DNA of 64,000 bases, from NCBI GenBank assembly GCA_036278915.1, contig DASUKB010000001.1:7259-71258 (forward strand). Direction: 5' to 3'. How positions within the stretch are numbered: position 1 is the stretch's first letter; each line of letters opens with the position of its first letter. Of the stretch, positions 34,623-47,701 are shown piece after piece. The translations under genes and the position numbers were made by a program. The stretch comes from Patescibacteria group bacterium. Its GTDB lineage: Bacteria > Patescibacteriota > Doudnabacteria > UBA920 > O2-02-FULL-48-8. The notes under the pieces are model-generated. The model saw nothing but the letters and a program-made list of their open reading frames with translations, did no database searches and was not told the DNA's origin.

Positions 34623-35228
34623 TTAAGGGAGTTTGATTACCTGTCCGGCTGTCACGAGATCGGACTTCTGCAGATTGGGGTTGACGGCAATAATGTCATC
34701 GGTAGTTATATTGAATTTCTGGGCGATAGAAGCCAGAGTTTCGCCAGCGCCTACTGTATAGATCTTATTTGGGACTTGGCTTGTGGTGGCCTGCGGAATC
34801 TTGAGGGTGTCACCGGCATGGAGCACGTAGGGCTCGGCAAGGCTGTTGACCTGGGCGATGAGATCCCACTTAATGTTGTATTTCTGGCTGATGTTAAATA
34901 GGGTATCGCCGTCTTTGACTATATATGTGGTGAATTGGTCTGAAGCCTGTGTGGTTGAGGTAGCATCCGCAGTTGGATTTTGGGTTGAGGCGCCGAGTAC
35001 CGCCTGGGCCTGGTCAGTGTTGAGGTCATTTGCCAAGTTTAGTTGTGCAAATGTCGCAACTGATTTATTATTATTCTGTATATTGCTTTTGGGCCAGAGA
35101 TTATATGTCAGGAAGGCTGAGAGCAGCAAAAAAAATACACCAGCCATCGCGTACTTACCATCGCGCCGAGAGTGAGGAGTGATGCGTGAGCGAAGTTCTG
35201 GTGACAAATGTGGTTTGATTGCTTTCAT
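34623..35228 (-). CDS. LysM-domain (x2) peptidoglycan-binding protein with an N-terminal TM anchor
   Basis: two copies of Y.V..GDTL..I...Y......L...N. Confidence 0.8.
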   Translation of the reverse strand: MKAIKPHLSPELRSRITPHSRRDGKYAMAGVFFLLLSAFLTYNLWPKSNIQNNNKSVATFAQLNLANDLNTDQAQAVLGASTQNPTADATSTTQASDQFTTYIVKDGDTLFNISQKYNIKWDLIAQVNSLAEPYVLHAGDTLKIPQATTSQVPNKIYTVGAGETLASIAQKFNITTDDIIAVNPNLQKSDLVTAGQVIKLP

Positions 35229-35301
35229 TTTTTCTCTCGATTTGTTTTTTACTTTTTCAACAACCTAATTCTAACTCACAAAAAATTGCCCGTCAAAGCT
35301 T

Positions 35302-37293
35302 ATGTCAACACTTGATGCAAAAAAAAGGATAGAATATCTTACGAAGCAGTTAAATCAGCTGGCTTTTGAGTATTATGTCCTGGATAAGCCGTCTGTTTCG
35401 GATGCCGTTTATGATAATTTATTCCGCGAACTTCAAAGTCTGGAGGCGAAATATCCACAAGCCAAATTGAAAAATTCGCCAACTGTTCGAATCGGAGGTG
35501 AGGCTTTGGATAAATTCCAAAAAATCCAGCATGCCAACCGGATGCTTTCCATTCAAGATGCGTTTACATTTGAAGAAGTACAGGAATGGCAGAATAGGAT
35601 TTCCAAATTGTTGCCAGCTCAAAAACTGGATTATTTCTGCGAACTCAAATTCGACGGGCTGGCTATAAGCTTGCGGTACATCAAAGGGGAGTTGGAGACC
35701 GCTTCCACCCGCGGGGACGGCTTCGTCGGCGAGAATGTCACAGAGAATATAAAAACCATAAAGTCAGTGCCGCTGACATTGCCCGGCAGAGCTGATGTTG
35801 AAATTCGAGGTGAAGCTATAATGCCCAAGAAGGCCTGGGAGGAACTCAATAAGCAACAAGAAAAATCCGGCAAACTCTTGTATGCCAATACGCGCAATGC
35901 CGGCGCAGGATCCATCCGTCAACTGGATCCGAAAATCACCGCGGCTAGAAATTTGGAATTTTATGCTTACGATATTATTAATTCAGGGTTAAATTCCCAC
36001 GAGCAAGTTCACGAGCAGCTCAAAAAATGGCAATTCAAAACAACTGTTTACCAAAGGCCGGCAAAAAATCTGGAAGAGGTAAAAGAATTTTACGAAGAAG
36101 TCGGCAGGATCCGAGACAAACTTCCCTTTGGCATAGATGGTATCGTGATTTCGGTAAATCATTTAGAAAGCTTCAAAAGGTTAGGGGTGGTCGGCAAAAC
36201 TCCCCGCGGCATGGTGGCATATAAATTTGCCCCGGAGCAGGCTACGACCGTGGTTGAAAACATTGGTATTAATGTGGGACGTACAGGTAAACTTACACCC
36301 GTGGCGCATTTGCGACCGGTGTTTGTGGGAGGCACCACTGTTTCGCGCGCTACATTGCACAACGAAGGGGAGATCAAACGCCTGGGGCTTTTGGTTGGCG
36401 ATACGGTTGTAGTCCAGCGCGCGGGTGATGTGATCCCTGATGTGGTGGAAGTCCTGCCCAAGCTTCGTACTGGCAAAGAGAAAAAATTTGTTATGCCGAA
36501 GAGGTGCCCCGTGTGCGCTGAGCCGGTCGTGCGGCGCGTGATTGGCAGCAAAGAAGAAGCCGGTGCCGATTATTTCTGTGATAACAAGAATTGTCCCACT
36601 AAGAATTTGCGGGCGATGGAACATTTTGTTTCGGCTTTTGATATTTATACCGTCGGGCCCAAAATTTTACAGCGCTTCAAGGACGAAGGTTTGATCTCGG
36701 ACGTGGTGGATCTGTTTTATCTTAAGAGGGAGGATATCCAGTCACTGGCGCGTTTTGGCGAAAAAAGCGCGGATAACATTGTTAACTCAATTCAAGAACA
36801 TAAAAAAATTACCCTGGCTAAGTTTATTTATGCACTTGGAATTCCTCATGTGGGTGAAGAAACCGGTTTTGACCTTTCGCAACGATTCGGCTCAGTGGAA
36901 AAATTGATGGGGGCATCTGTGGAAGAAATCAACGCCATCCCAAACATCGGCGGGGTCGTAGCCAAATCTGTGTGTGATTGGTTCTCCGCCAAAGCAAACA
37001 AGGAATTAGTGAGAGGCCTTATTAAAGCTGGAATCAAAATTGAATCGATCAAAATCAAAACAACTCCGCTGACAGGTAAATCGGTGGTTGTGACGGGTTC
37101 GCTTGATTTCATGAGTCGCGACGAAGCCAAAGAAGCAGTACGCGAGGCAGGCGGAAACTGGGTGAGTTCAGTTTCCAAAAATACAGATTTTCTGGTAGTC
37201 GGCGAGAACGCCGGATCCAAAGCAACGAAAGCGGAGAAGCTTGGGGTGAGGATGATTGATGAGGAAGAATTTTTAAAATTACTCGGGAAATAG
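35302..37293 (+). CDS. ligA: NAD-dependent DNA ligase
   Basis: adenylation motif CELKFDGLAIS, Zn finger CPVC...C, HhH and C-terminal BRCT. Confidence 0.95.
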   Translation: MSTLDAKKRIEYLTKQLNQLAFEYYVLDKPSVSDAVYDNLFRELQSLEAKYPQAKLKNSPTVRIGGEALDKFQKIQHANRMLSIQDAFTFEEVQEWQNRISKLLPAQKLDYFCELKFDGLAISLRYIKGELETASTRGDGFVGENVTENIKTIKSVPLTLPGRADVEIRGEAIMPKKAWEELNKQQEKSGKLLYANTRNAGAGSIRQLDPKITAARNLEFYAYDIINSGLNSHEQVHEQLKKWQFKTTVYQRPAKNLEEVKEFYEEVGRIRDKLPFGIDGIVISVNHLESFKRLGVVGKTPRGMVAYKFAPEQATTVVENIGINVGRTGKLTPVAHLRPVFVGGTTVSRATLHNEGEIKRLGLLVGDTVVVQRAGDVIPDVVEVLPKLRTGKEKKFVMPKRCPVCAEPVVRRVIGSKEEAGADYFCDNKNCPTKNLRAMEHFVSAFDIYTVGPKILQRFKDEGLISDVVDLFYLKREDIQSLARFGEKSADNIVNSIQEHKKITLAKFIYALGIPHVGEETGFDLSQRFGSVEKLMGASVEEINAIPNIGGVVAKSVCDWFSAKANKELVRGLIKAGIKIESIKIKTTPLTGKSVVVTGSLDFMSRDEAKEAVREAGGNWVSSVSKNTDFLVVGENAGSKATKAEKLGVRMIDEEEFLKLLGK

Positions 37294-37298
37294 TTAAT

Positions 37299-37311
37299 GC
37301 CGCGATCGCGG
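37299..37311. repeat. palindrome GCCGCGATCGCGG (copy 1; copy 2 at 40926-40939)
   Basis: read directly; the two copies bracket the giant gene 37412-40879. Confidence 0.8.
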
Positions 37312-37411
37312 AAGACGAAAGAAAACAGACAACTTTTTTACAAATTGTGGTCCATACAAGACTTGCATAAAATGATGGAATTTGCTATAATAGTCTTAGG
37401 TTATTGGTGGC

Positions 37412-40400
37412 ATGAAACAAAAACAAAATTTGAAAAAAAAAGTTGACAAAATTGGAGTGATCATCCTAATTTCCTTGATTTCTGCTGGGCAGTTTTTTGT
37501 TATGCCCAAGAAAGCGGGAGCAATCACGGAAACATATTACGTGGATGCCACAAACGGCAGCGATGCCAATACGGGAACGGATACCTCTCATCCATGGCAA
37601 ACGATAGCAAAAGTCAATTCATCAGTTTTCCAACCAGGAGATTCCGTACTATTTAAACGCGGGGAAACATGGCGGGAAACTTTGATCCCGCCGTCTTCTG
37701 GCACATCTGGAGATGTAATCAGTTTTGGCGCGTATGGAAGCGGGACGAATCCGGTAATCACCGGCGCGAATTTAATTTCTTCGTCATGGACACAGGCCAC
37801 GGAGCCGTATGATATCGTCCTCCAAAGGACAAGCGGAGTAGACTCTTCCAACTTCCCAAGACTTACTGGAGAGTCTGGCGGAACTACATACCCGGACGGC
37901 ATAGTTACAAGATTTAATTCTACTGATGGGACTTGGGGTAATCCATTTGATGGAGATCTTTACTTCAAAACCTATGACGACAGTTCAGCGGTTGTGGACC
38001 AGCAAGCGCTTAGTAATTTTCCATTTTTAAATTTGTCGAACGTTGCCAGTCAAACCAAATGGTCGCAGGGGTACAAACCGAGCGTTAATTTTTCTCTTTC
38101 TCAAATTGTACTGAAGATGTATAAATCGGGCAATCCTACAGACAACGTTTTTGTCACCATCAACAAAGATGAAAACCAAGCACCTGGTGCAGTGATTCCA
38201 AACGGACAAAGTTCTAACGTTAGCTCGACCACTCTGACTTCCACTTCTCCGGGGACTGATGTTACTTTTACTTTCCCCGTAGCGCCCAGCCTGGTCCACG
38301 ATGCTGTTACCAACGTCTGGCAGACCACAGTGGCGACCCAACCCGAAGTCGTGGAATTTGACGGAGTGTTTGGGAACAAAAAAACATCCGTAGACGACCT
38401 CGCGCAGGCGAATGATTGGTATTGGTCGGGAAACACATTGTATGTATATTCCACAACAGACCCCGCTGTTACGTATGCGAATCCAGGAATTGAGATTGCT
38501 CAGCGGAATTATGCTTTGGACTTTAATGCCAAAAGCAATCTCGCGTTCCAAGATATAGACTTTGTGGCTGGTAATACTTATGACATTTTTATGGAAGGCA
38601 CTGCGACCGATATACTTTTTGATTCAGTGGGAATCTATGGTGCCTACGAAGAAGGCATAAACCACCAAAGTGCGTTTCACGCTTCAAACATTGATATCCA
38701 GAATTCAACCGTTGCTTACAATGGCGCAGAAGGAATTGCGGCTGTGGGGAACAGCGACCATTGGATTATTCAAAACAATATTGTGCACAACAACGGTTAC
38801 ACCGACGAAAGCGGAGGAGTGGAGAATACCTGGGGGTCAGGGATCAAACTCGTGGGTGCGATCGGTGGGATTACTGTTTCGGACAGCATTGTCCAGTATA
38901 ACGACGTTTACTATAACGGATATAAAGATAATGGAATAACGAGAGTCCATGCTACGGCCAATAAAGGATTTGGCATTTGGCTTGATCTGGTAGATTCCGG
39001 CGATGTCCAGTCAGACGGCAACATTATCCGTTACAATAATGTCCACAACAATGCTGATTCGGGATTGATGATCGAAAAATCCCGTTATCAAACTTGGTAT
39101 GGCAATGTTTCGTATAATAACGCAGAATACGGCTTGCGCGTGGATGCGGACGCGAATGGGCCTGTATTGCACAACAATTTCTTCTACAACAATAGTTTCT
39201 TTGGCAACAGTTCGGGAATTTATGCGGCAGGCGGATATATGCAGGATGGCAATTACATTCAGGATAACGTGTTTGAAAATAATATATCTTCCGGCAATAC
39301 AAATTATCAGCTGCTCGCCAAATGGGGTGGCAATAACGACGGCACGCTTGGTTCCGGGAATATTTACGAATACAATTCTTTTGGACCGGAATCCCCGAAC
39401 TTTATAGAGTGGGGTGATGGTGTTTTCAAATCCACCTACGCCCAATTTGATGCAGCTTACGGCGCGGACACTCATTCTGCTTCCGGGGACCCATCGTTTG
39501 CCGCGGCCGGTTCCGCTAATTTTGCCTTAAGCTCCGTCTCTCCGGCTATCGATTCCGGATTGAATTTAGATAGTGTATTTCAGGCGGGTCTGGCCGCTGG
39601 TTCTGTCTGGCCGTCGTCGGTGACCACTCTCAGTCAAGACGGCAACGGGTCAGGTTGGGACCTCGGAGCGTTTGTGTATACACAATCAACTTTGCCGTTA
39701 GTTTCAATTACCAATCCCAATACCACGAATATTTCTGGCAAGTTGACGATTAGCGCTTCCGTGACCGTCAGCCAGCCCGCGACTATATCCCAAGTCCAAT
39801 TCCAATTGGATGGATCGGATTTGGGAAGCCCGGTCACCTCTGCACCGTACAGCATGGCATTAGATACGACGACTCTGATTAATGGGTCGCATACGATTAA
39901 TGCCACAGCCTTAGACAACTTCGGCAATACGGGAAGTTCAACAATCACCGCATTTGTTTCCAATGGCGGCAGCGGGCTTCCGGCAAGTGCCTTCAATCCT
40001 CCGGTAATTCCGGATGGCGGATTTAAAGTCATAATCAATAATGGCGATACCAGCACAACGGCTCAAACAGTTACATTGGATATGAATGCCGGATCCGACG
40101 TGGCCCGGATGGCAGTTTCCAACAGTTCGGATTTGGATTCAGCTGGGCAGCAAACCTATGCTCCTGACACTACTTGGGATTTGTGCGCCGGGTTCTCCTC
40201 CTGCGACGCAGGTTTAAAGACTGTGTATGTGAAATTCTATACATCTTACGGGCACGCCTCGGATCTTATTTCCGCTTCAATTAATTTCACGGCTACAGGG
40301 TCCGGTCAGGCCACATCGGTGAACTCAAATCTCGTAAACGACAACGGGACATATTATCTTATCCAAAATGGCCAAAGGCTGGGCATAACCTCTCCGGGAA

Positions 40401-40879
40401 TTCTCTTTACTTACGGATATGAATTCAAGGATGCGAGAGGATACTCTCCAGCCGATGCAAATATCCCGCTGGGACCTTTACTTACTCCTGACAATGGATC
40501 CTTAGTCAAGTCAGATAAAAATCCGACTGTATACCTTATTTCTCAAAATCAGAAACACGGCTTTGTGTCGGAGGAAGTCTTTCTGGGGTTGGGCTATAAA
40601 TTTTCATCCGTACTCACAGTCACCGATCCGGAACTTGCAAGACTTTCAAATGGTTTGGATCTCGCGACAGACCAGGCCAGTCATATGGACGGAATAAATG
40701 TTTTAGACAACCGGGGCACCATTTATTACATAGACCACCAGACTCTGCGGGCTTATCCATCGCAAGATATCTACAACAGCTGGCATTTGGATAATAATTT
40801 TTCAAATGTTGTTGCCGCGAACGCGTATGATTTGGCCTTGCCCAGAGTGAAGGACATTGACTTCAGACAGTCAAATTAA
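37412..40879 (+). CDS. giant secreted surface protein: signal/TM anchor, parallel beta-helix region, Ig-like domain, and a C-terminal 60-aa repeat module shared with the 6501-9413 protein
   Basis: beta-helix repeats NNIVHNNG/YNNVHNN; Ig-like segment around VSITNPNTTNISGKLTISA; C-terminal TYYLIQNGQRLGI / PTVYLISQNQKHGF / GTIYYIDHQTLRAY repeats. Confidence 0.65.
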   Translation: MKQKQNLKKKVDKIGVIILISLISAGQFFVMPKKAGAITETYYVDATNGSDANTGTDTSHPWQTIAKVNSSVFQPGDSVLFKRGETWRETLIPPSSGTSGDVISFGAYGSGTNPVITGANLISSSWTQATEPYDIVLQRTSGVDSSNFPRLTGESGGTTYPDGIVTRFNSTDGTWGNPFDGDLYFKTYDDSSAVVDQQALSNFPFLNLSNVASQTKWSQGYKPSVNFSLSQIVLKMYKSGNPTDNVFVTINKDENQAPGAVIPNGQSSNVSSTTLTSTSPGTDVTFTFPVAPSLVHDAVTNVWQTTVATQPEVVEFDGVFGNKKTSVDDLAQANDWYWSGNTLYVYSTTDPAVTYANPGIEIAQRNYALDFNAKSNLAFQDIDFVAGNTYDIFMEGTATDILFDSVGIYGAYEEGINHQSAFHASNIDIQNSTVAYNGAEGIAAVGNSDHWIIQNNIVHNNGYTDESGGVENTWGSGIKLVGAIGGITVSDSIVQYNDVYYNGYKDNGITRVHATANKGFGIWLDLVDSGDVQSDGNIIRYNNVHNNADSGLMIEKSRYQTWYGNVSYNNAEYGLRVDADANGPVLHNNFFYNNSFFGNSSGIYAAGGYMQDGNYIQDNVFENNISSGNTNYQLLAKWGGNNDGTLGSGNIYEYNSFGPESPNFIEWGDGVFKSTYAQFDAAYGADTHSASGDPSFAAAGSANFALSSVSPAIDSGLNLDSVFQAGLAAGSVWPSSVTTLSQDGNGSGWDLGAFVYTQSTLPLVSITNPNTTNISGKLTISASVTVSQPATISQVQFQLDGSDLGSPVTSAPYSMALDTTTLINGSHTINATALDNFGNTGSSTITAFVSNGGSGLPASAFNPPVIPDGGFKVIINNGDTSTTAQTVTLDMNAGSDVARMAVSNSSDLDSAGQQTYAPDTTWDLCAGFSSCDAGLKTVYVKFYTSYGHASDLISASINFTATGSGQATSVNSNLVNDNGTYYLIQNGQRLGITSPGILFTYGYEFKDARGYSPADANIPLGPLLTPDNGSLVKSDKNPTVYLISQNQKHGFVSEEVFLGLGYKFSSVLTVTDPELARLSNGLDLATDQASHMDGINVLDNRGTIYYIDHQTLRAYPSQDIYNSWHLDNNFSNVVAANAYDLALPRVKDIDFRQSN

Positions 40880-40888
40880 TTTGAAACA

Positions 40889-40920
40889 GAAAATGTACTT
40901 ACTTAAAATAAGTACATTTT
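40889..40920 (+). terminator. rho-independent terminator
   Basis: AATGTACTTAC-TTAAAA-TAAGTACATT then TTTT. Confidence 0.7.
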
Positions 40921-40925
40921 AGTTT

Positions 40926-40939
40926 GCCGCGATCGCGGC
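40926..40939. repeat. palindrome GCCGCGATCGCGGC (copy 2)
   Basis: read directly. Confidence 0.8.
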
Positions 40940-41124
40940 AGGATGTCCATTTCTTTTCTAGAAAAGAAATGGACGAAAGAAAAGTTGCGACACGGGAAAA
41001 AATTCCGGAATTCTTAGCTCGCTTTCGCTTATTGGTTGCGAAGGTTTTTTCGAACTCTCGTCGCGCGAGTCTGTTCGTCCGAAGCGCCGTAAATAAATCC
41101 TACGGCGCTTATTTTTTATAACAC

Positions 41125-41153
41125 TTGACTTCGTATATGTACTGAATTAATAT
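41125..41153 (+). promoter_or_regulatory. 23S-5S operon promoter P1
   Basis: TTGACT, 17 nt, TAATAT. Confidence 0.6.
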
Positions 41154-41212
41154 AGCCAAGTGCCTGGAGTTTCACGAGTCAAATTTACTCACATCTTGTC
41201 CCCAAAAGTCTC

Positions 41213-41241
41213 TTGACAGGGGGGTATAAAAAAGTTATAAT
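41213..41241 (+). promoter_or_regulatory. 23S-5S operon promoter P2, perfect sigma-70 consensus
   Basis: TTGACA, 17 nt, TATAAT. Confidence 0.75.
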
Positions 41242-41704
41242 TGGAACAAGCTAATGCCAAAACAAACAAAAACCTCAAGTTTTAACGTAAAAAATATGAA
41301 ATTCTCCAGCAACTCACTTCAACGAAAGGCGGTTATGTAAACTGGCGCTTTAGTTTGTGCCCAGAATTCAACCGCCGAAAGGCGTTTTTTTGTTCCTTAC
41401 AACTAACATCTAGAATTCAGTGCTTCACCGCATTGCTTGACTTTAAGCAGGTTCTGAAAGTAAGCACTGTATTCTGGATGTAAGCGGATAGAACTTTAAC
41501 AATTTACCGGCATCTAAGAGATATATTTTCAGTTTGCCAAACGTATGAGAGATGATGAGTCTCGAAGGTAGGCGTTTAGCAAAACATAAGTTAGTGCTTA
41601 TGAATATATCTGAATCCAAATCCTCGGCATTGTAACCGGGGTAACTCTGGCTTAACTGTCGGAGTATAAAAAATAGCAATCACTAATTGCTAGTCAAGAA
41701 TCTG

Positions 41705-45168
<3,464 letters not shown>

Positions 45169-45239
45169 TTAAATTTTTGACTAGCGTTTTGTGATTATTA
45201 TCACAAGTTCATTTACATCCCCGCTTTCGCGGGGACAAG

Positions 45240-45778
45240 ATTGTTTGCCGGAAAATGGAATGGCCACCTCATTATTATTCTCGCCCGCGAAGCGGGAGAG
45301 ATGTCACGCATCAGCGTGACAGAGAGGGTGGTTTAAAAGTTTGGGAGCCATGTCAGACATCTGGGCTTACGCTCAATCGCTGAAACATGCGAGCAACACG
45401 AGCCACGAGCATAAAACATCTGTCTGTCTCAAGCTCCCATTCAGTTAGGAGTGATTTGGTGTTTTGAAAGATCAGGGACGGCTCATAACCCGAACTGATT
45501 GTTCCGGTTCGTACCACCTTGAGTGGCAACCGCCGTGAACCAGGCGCCAGAAAACTCCTCCGGGATGATCTCCATCTGCCACTTCTTGGAGTCTCCCGGT
45601 CATTTCGATACTGGGGAACGGTGAAAAATTGGATTTGTGTTCATTCTGCCCTAAGACACACTCGGGCGGAATTTGAGCCGAGTCCAAGGTGTTCCTATCT
45701 CTCCTTTCACCTCTCCGTTTCCCAGACCTTTCTCCCGACGAGCTTTAAGCTTGTCGGGCCCATTTTCCGGCAAACAAT
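45240..45778. repeat. 539-bp element bounded by perfect 19-bp inverted repeats (ATTGTTTGCCGGAAAATGG / CCATTTTCCGGCAAACAAT) in the 23S-5S spacer; MITE-like or a large structured spacer RNA
   Basis: inverted repeats read directly; the interior is rich in GC hairpins (CTCGCCCGCGAAGCGGGAG, TGTCACGCATCAGCGTGACA) and has no credible ORF. Confidence 0.6.
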
Positions 45779-46134
45779 ACAACTCCGACGTTTTGCATAA
45801 CAAAAGTCGGAGTCCTGACTTGCATTTTTGTGCATCGTCGGGATTGACGGCGATTTTTGCTCTTTCCATAATGATTCCAAACTGCTATAATTAATCAGTT
45901 GGAACTAATATGGATTTGCTAATGCAAAGATATTCGCCTTCGCTTAAATTGGTAGGACTTATAATCGTTATCGCGGCCATGGGATTTATAATCTTCGCGC
46001 TTACGAAAAACACCCTGCCAATGCAGTAATACAGCGCTTCGCACTGTAATTTCTAAGCCCTAATATCTAAGCTCTAAACAAGATTAGAAATTAGTAATTA
46101 GAACTTAGAAATTGCAGCACGTAAGTGCTGAATA

Positions 46135-46252
46135 TCTCCTCGTGCTTCAAGGGCCGCTGCCCCACCCGATCCCATCCCGAACTCGGAAGTGAAACGCGGC
46201 ACCGCTCATGATACTCCAGTGTAAGACTGGTGGGAAAGTAGGCAGTGCGGGG
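46135..46252 (+). rRNA. rrf: 5S ribosomal RNA
   Basis: CCACCCGATCCCATCCCGAACTCGGAAGTGAAACG loop C/helix III block and 3' GAGAGTAGG-like segment; boundaries approximate. Confidence 0.8.
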
Positions 46253-46446
46253 TTTTTTATTTATATTGAGGGACGAACCTACGGTTCTTCCCTCAACGCG
46301 CCGTCAGCAAAGCTGATTTTTGCTTCGCAAAAACAAGCGGCGCTGCTCCTTTCTCCCTTCTTAATTGACCTAATTGGTCTTTTTTGTTGTCCTAAAAAAT
46401 AGTGGCTTCGTTTAGAAAATTTTTTTGTGTTGGGCGAGGAAATTTG

Positions 46447-46471
46447 AGGCCCTGGCGAGGGGCCTTTTTAA
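46447..46471 (+). terminator. rho-independent terminator after the rrl-rrf unit
   Basis: AGGCCCTGGCGAGGGGCCTTTTTA. Confidence 0.7.
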
Positions 46472-46513
46472 ATGGTATTCTTACCTTAGATATTAACTCG
46501 CTAAAATAAATTT

Positions 46514-46843
46514 ATGCCAAGAGAATTTGGTTATTCGCCAGAAAATCCTTTTCCGCCAGAAAAATTAAGCCCCATTTCTCCCGAAGATCAGAAAAGAGCA
46601 GGGGAGAGTTTGGAGGAGTTCAGAGAAGAAAAGCGGCAGAACCTGCTGAGTCAGAAAAAAATCAATCGGGAAGGGCAGGAAGATTTGTATCTTGATAAAG
46701 CAGATAAAAGCAAAAAAACACTCAAAACGCGTCATGCGGGACCGGTGGCCAAGCTCAAGCGCGGCGCCAAAGAACTTTCGGACAAATTCAATAAACCCGC
46801 TTTGAAAATCAAAATTGAAAAGAAGTGGGATAACGAGGAATAA
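46514..46843 (+). CDS. small charged hypothetical protein
   Basis: 109-aa ORF rich in E/K, no domain recognised. Confidence 0.4.
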   Translation: MPREFGYSPENPFPPEKLSPISPEDQKRAGESLEEFREEKRQNLLSQKKINREGQEDLYLDKADKSKKTLKTRHAGPVAKLKRGAKELSDKFNKPALKIKIEKKWDNEE

Positions 46844-46908
46844 TCAAAGTCCCAAATGTCGTTTTCGCTTGATTTGACTTGCAGTTGGAAACACGATAAA
46901 TTTACGAC

Positions 46909-47223
46909 ATGAATTATGAAACCAATGAAAACTACAGCGCGCATCCGGAACTCCTGAAAAAGACCGAGGAATTTTTCTTTTTTTGCCAAAACAATATGAC
47001 CCAGGATGCCAAAAACACTGTTTGGCGCTTTCTAAACCTGGCTCGTCAGGCTTACCCGAAGAGTCCGCACAAACAGCAGTGGGACATAATGCTCGAAAAC
47101 CTTCAGACGATTATGGACGATTTCCATAACGATTATTCGGCTAAATCCGAACTCAAACTTGCAGCCGTACACCGCAATGCCGAAGAAATTGTCGAAGAAG
47201 ATCGCAAGCCGATCGAATTTTAG
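46909..47223 (+). CDS. small hypothetical protein
   Basis: 104-aa ORF. Confidence 0.4.
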   Translation: MNYETNENYSAHPELLKKTEEFFFFCQNNMTQDAKNTVWRFLNLARQAYPKSPHKQQWDIMLENLQTIMDDFHNDYSAKSELKLAAVHRNAEEIVEEDRKPIEF

Positions 47224-47295
47224 ATTAAAGAGTTTGTCCTTGAACTTGACAGGTTATTTCTAAAGGGCTAAACTCTTTTTTGTATTTAGGCATTA

Positions 47296-47682
47296 ATGAA
47301 ATCAAAAGTAATGTACGGCGAACCAAGCGATAAAGGGAGCGAATATTTTGATCGGTTTAGTGGTGTCGATTTGGATAATGAATTGGACAAGGACAGTGAA
47401 GACTCTGATGCAGAGCAAATTGTTGCGGATCTTCGGCAGGCCCACGATGATGTCCGGACCAAATTGCCGCCATCATTTAATGATAAGATCGAAGATATTA
47501 TTGGTACTATCGAAATTTATTTTGACAGTGGCAACAACTCCTGGCAGGAGATCGCGGATGAACTGTCTGATTTTCTAATGGATATGGAGCGGTCGGATGA
47601 GGATGTGATTGAAGACCGAGCCTCGGACTTGGCCGTCTTGCAAAAAAATACACTTGAGCTAGCAAAGAAAAAGACACATTAG
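47296..47682 (+). CDS. small acidic hypothetical protein
   Basis: 128-aa ORF, D/E-rich. Confidence 0.4.
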   Translation: MKSKVMYGEPSDKGSEYFDRFSGVDLDNELDKDSEDSDAEQIVADLRQAHDDVRTKLPPSFNDKIEDIIGTIEIYFDSGNNSWQEIADELSDFLMDMERSDEDVIEDRASDLAVLQKNTLELAKKKTH

Positions 47683-47701
47683 TTTTGCCCGCAACAAATA
47701 C

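Noticed and set aside
40924-41121. 65-aa ORF between the giant gene terminator and the 23S promoters
   Set aside because: It sits among hairpins and promoter elements, with no RBS. It is likely non-coding.
45519-45894. ORFs of 72-93 aa inside the 23S-5S spacer element
   Set aside because: No RBS, and the translations are Ser/Arg/Pro low-complexity. The region is better explained as structured RNA or a MITE-like element.
46208-46402. 64-aa ORF overlapping the 3' part of the 5S gene
   Set aside because: It overlaps the rRNA and its terminator hairpins.
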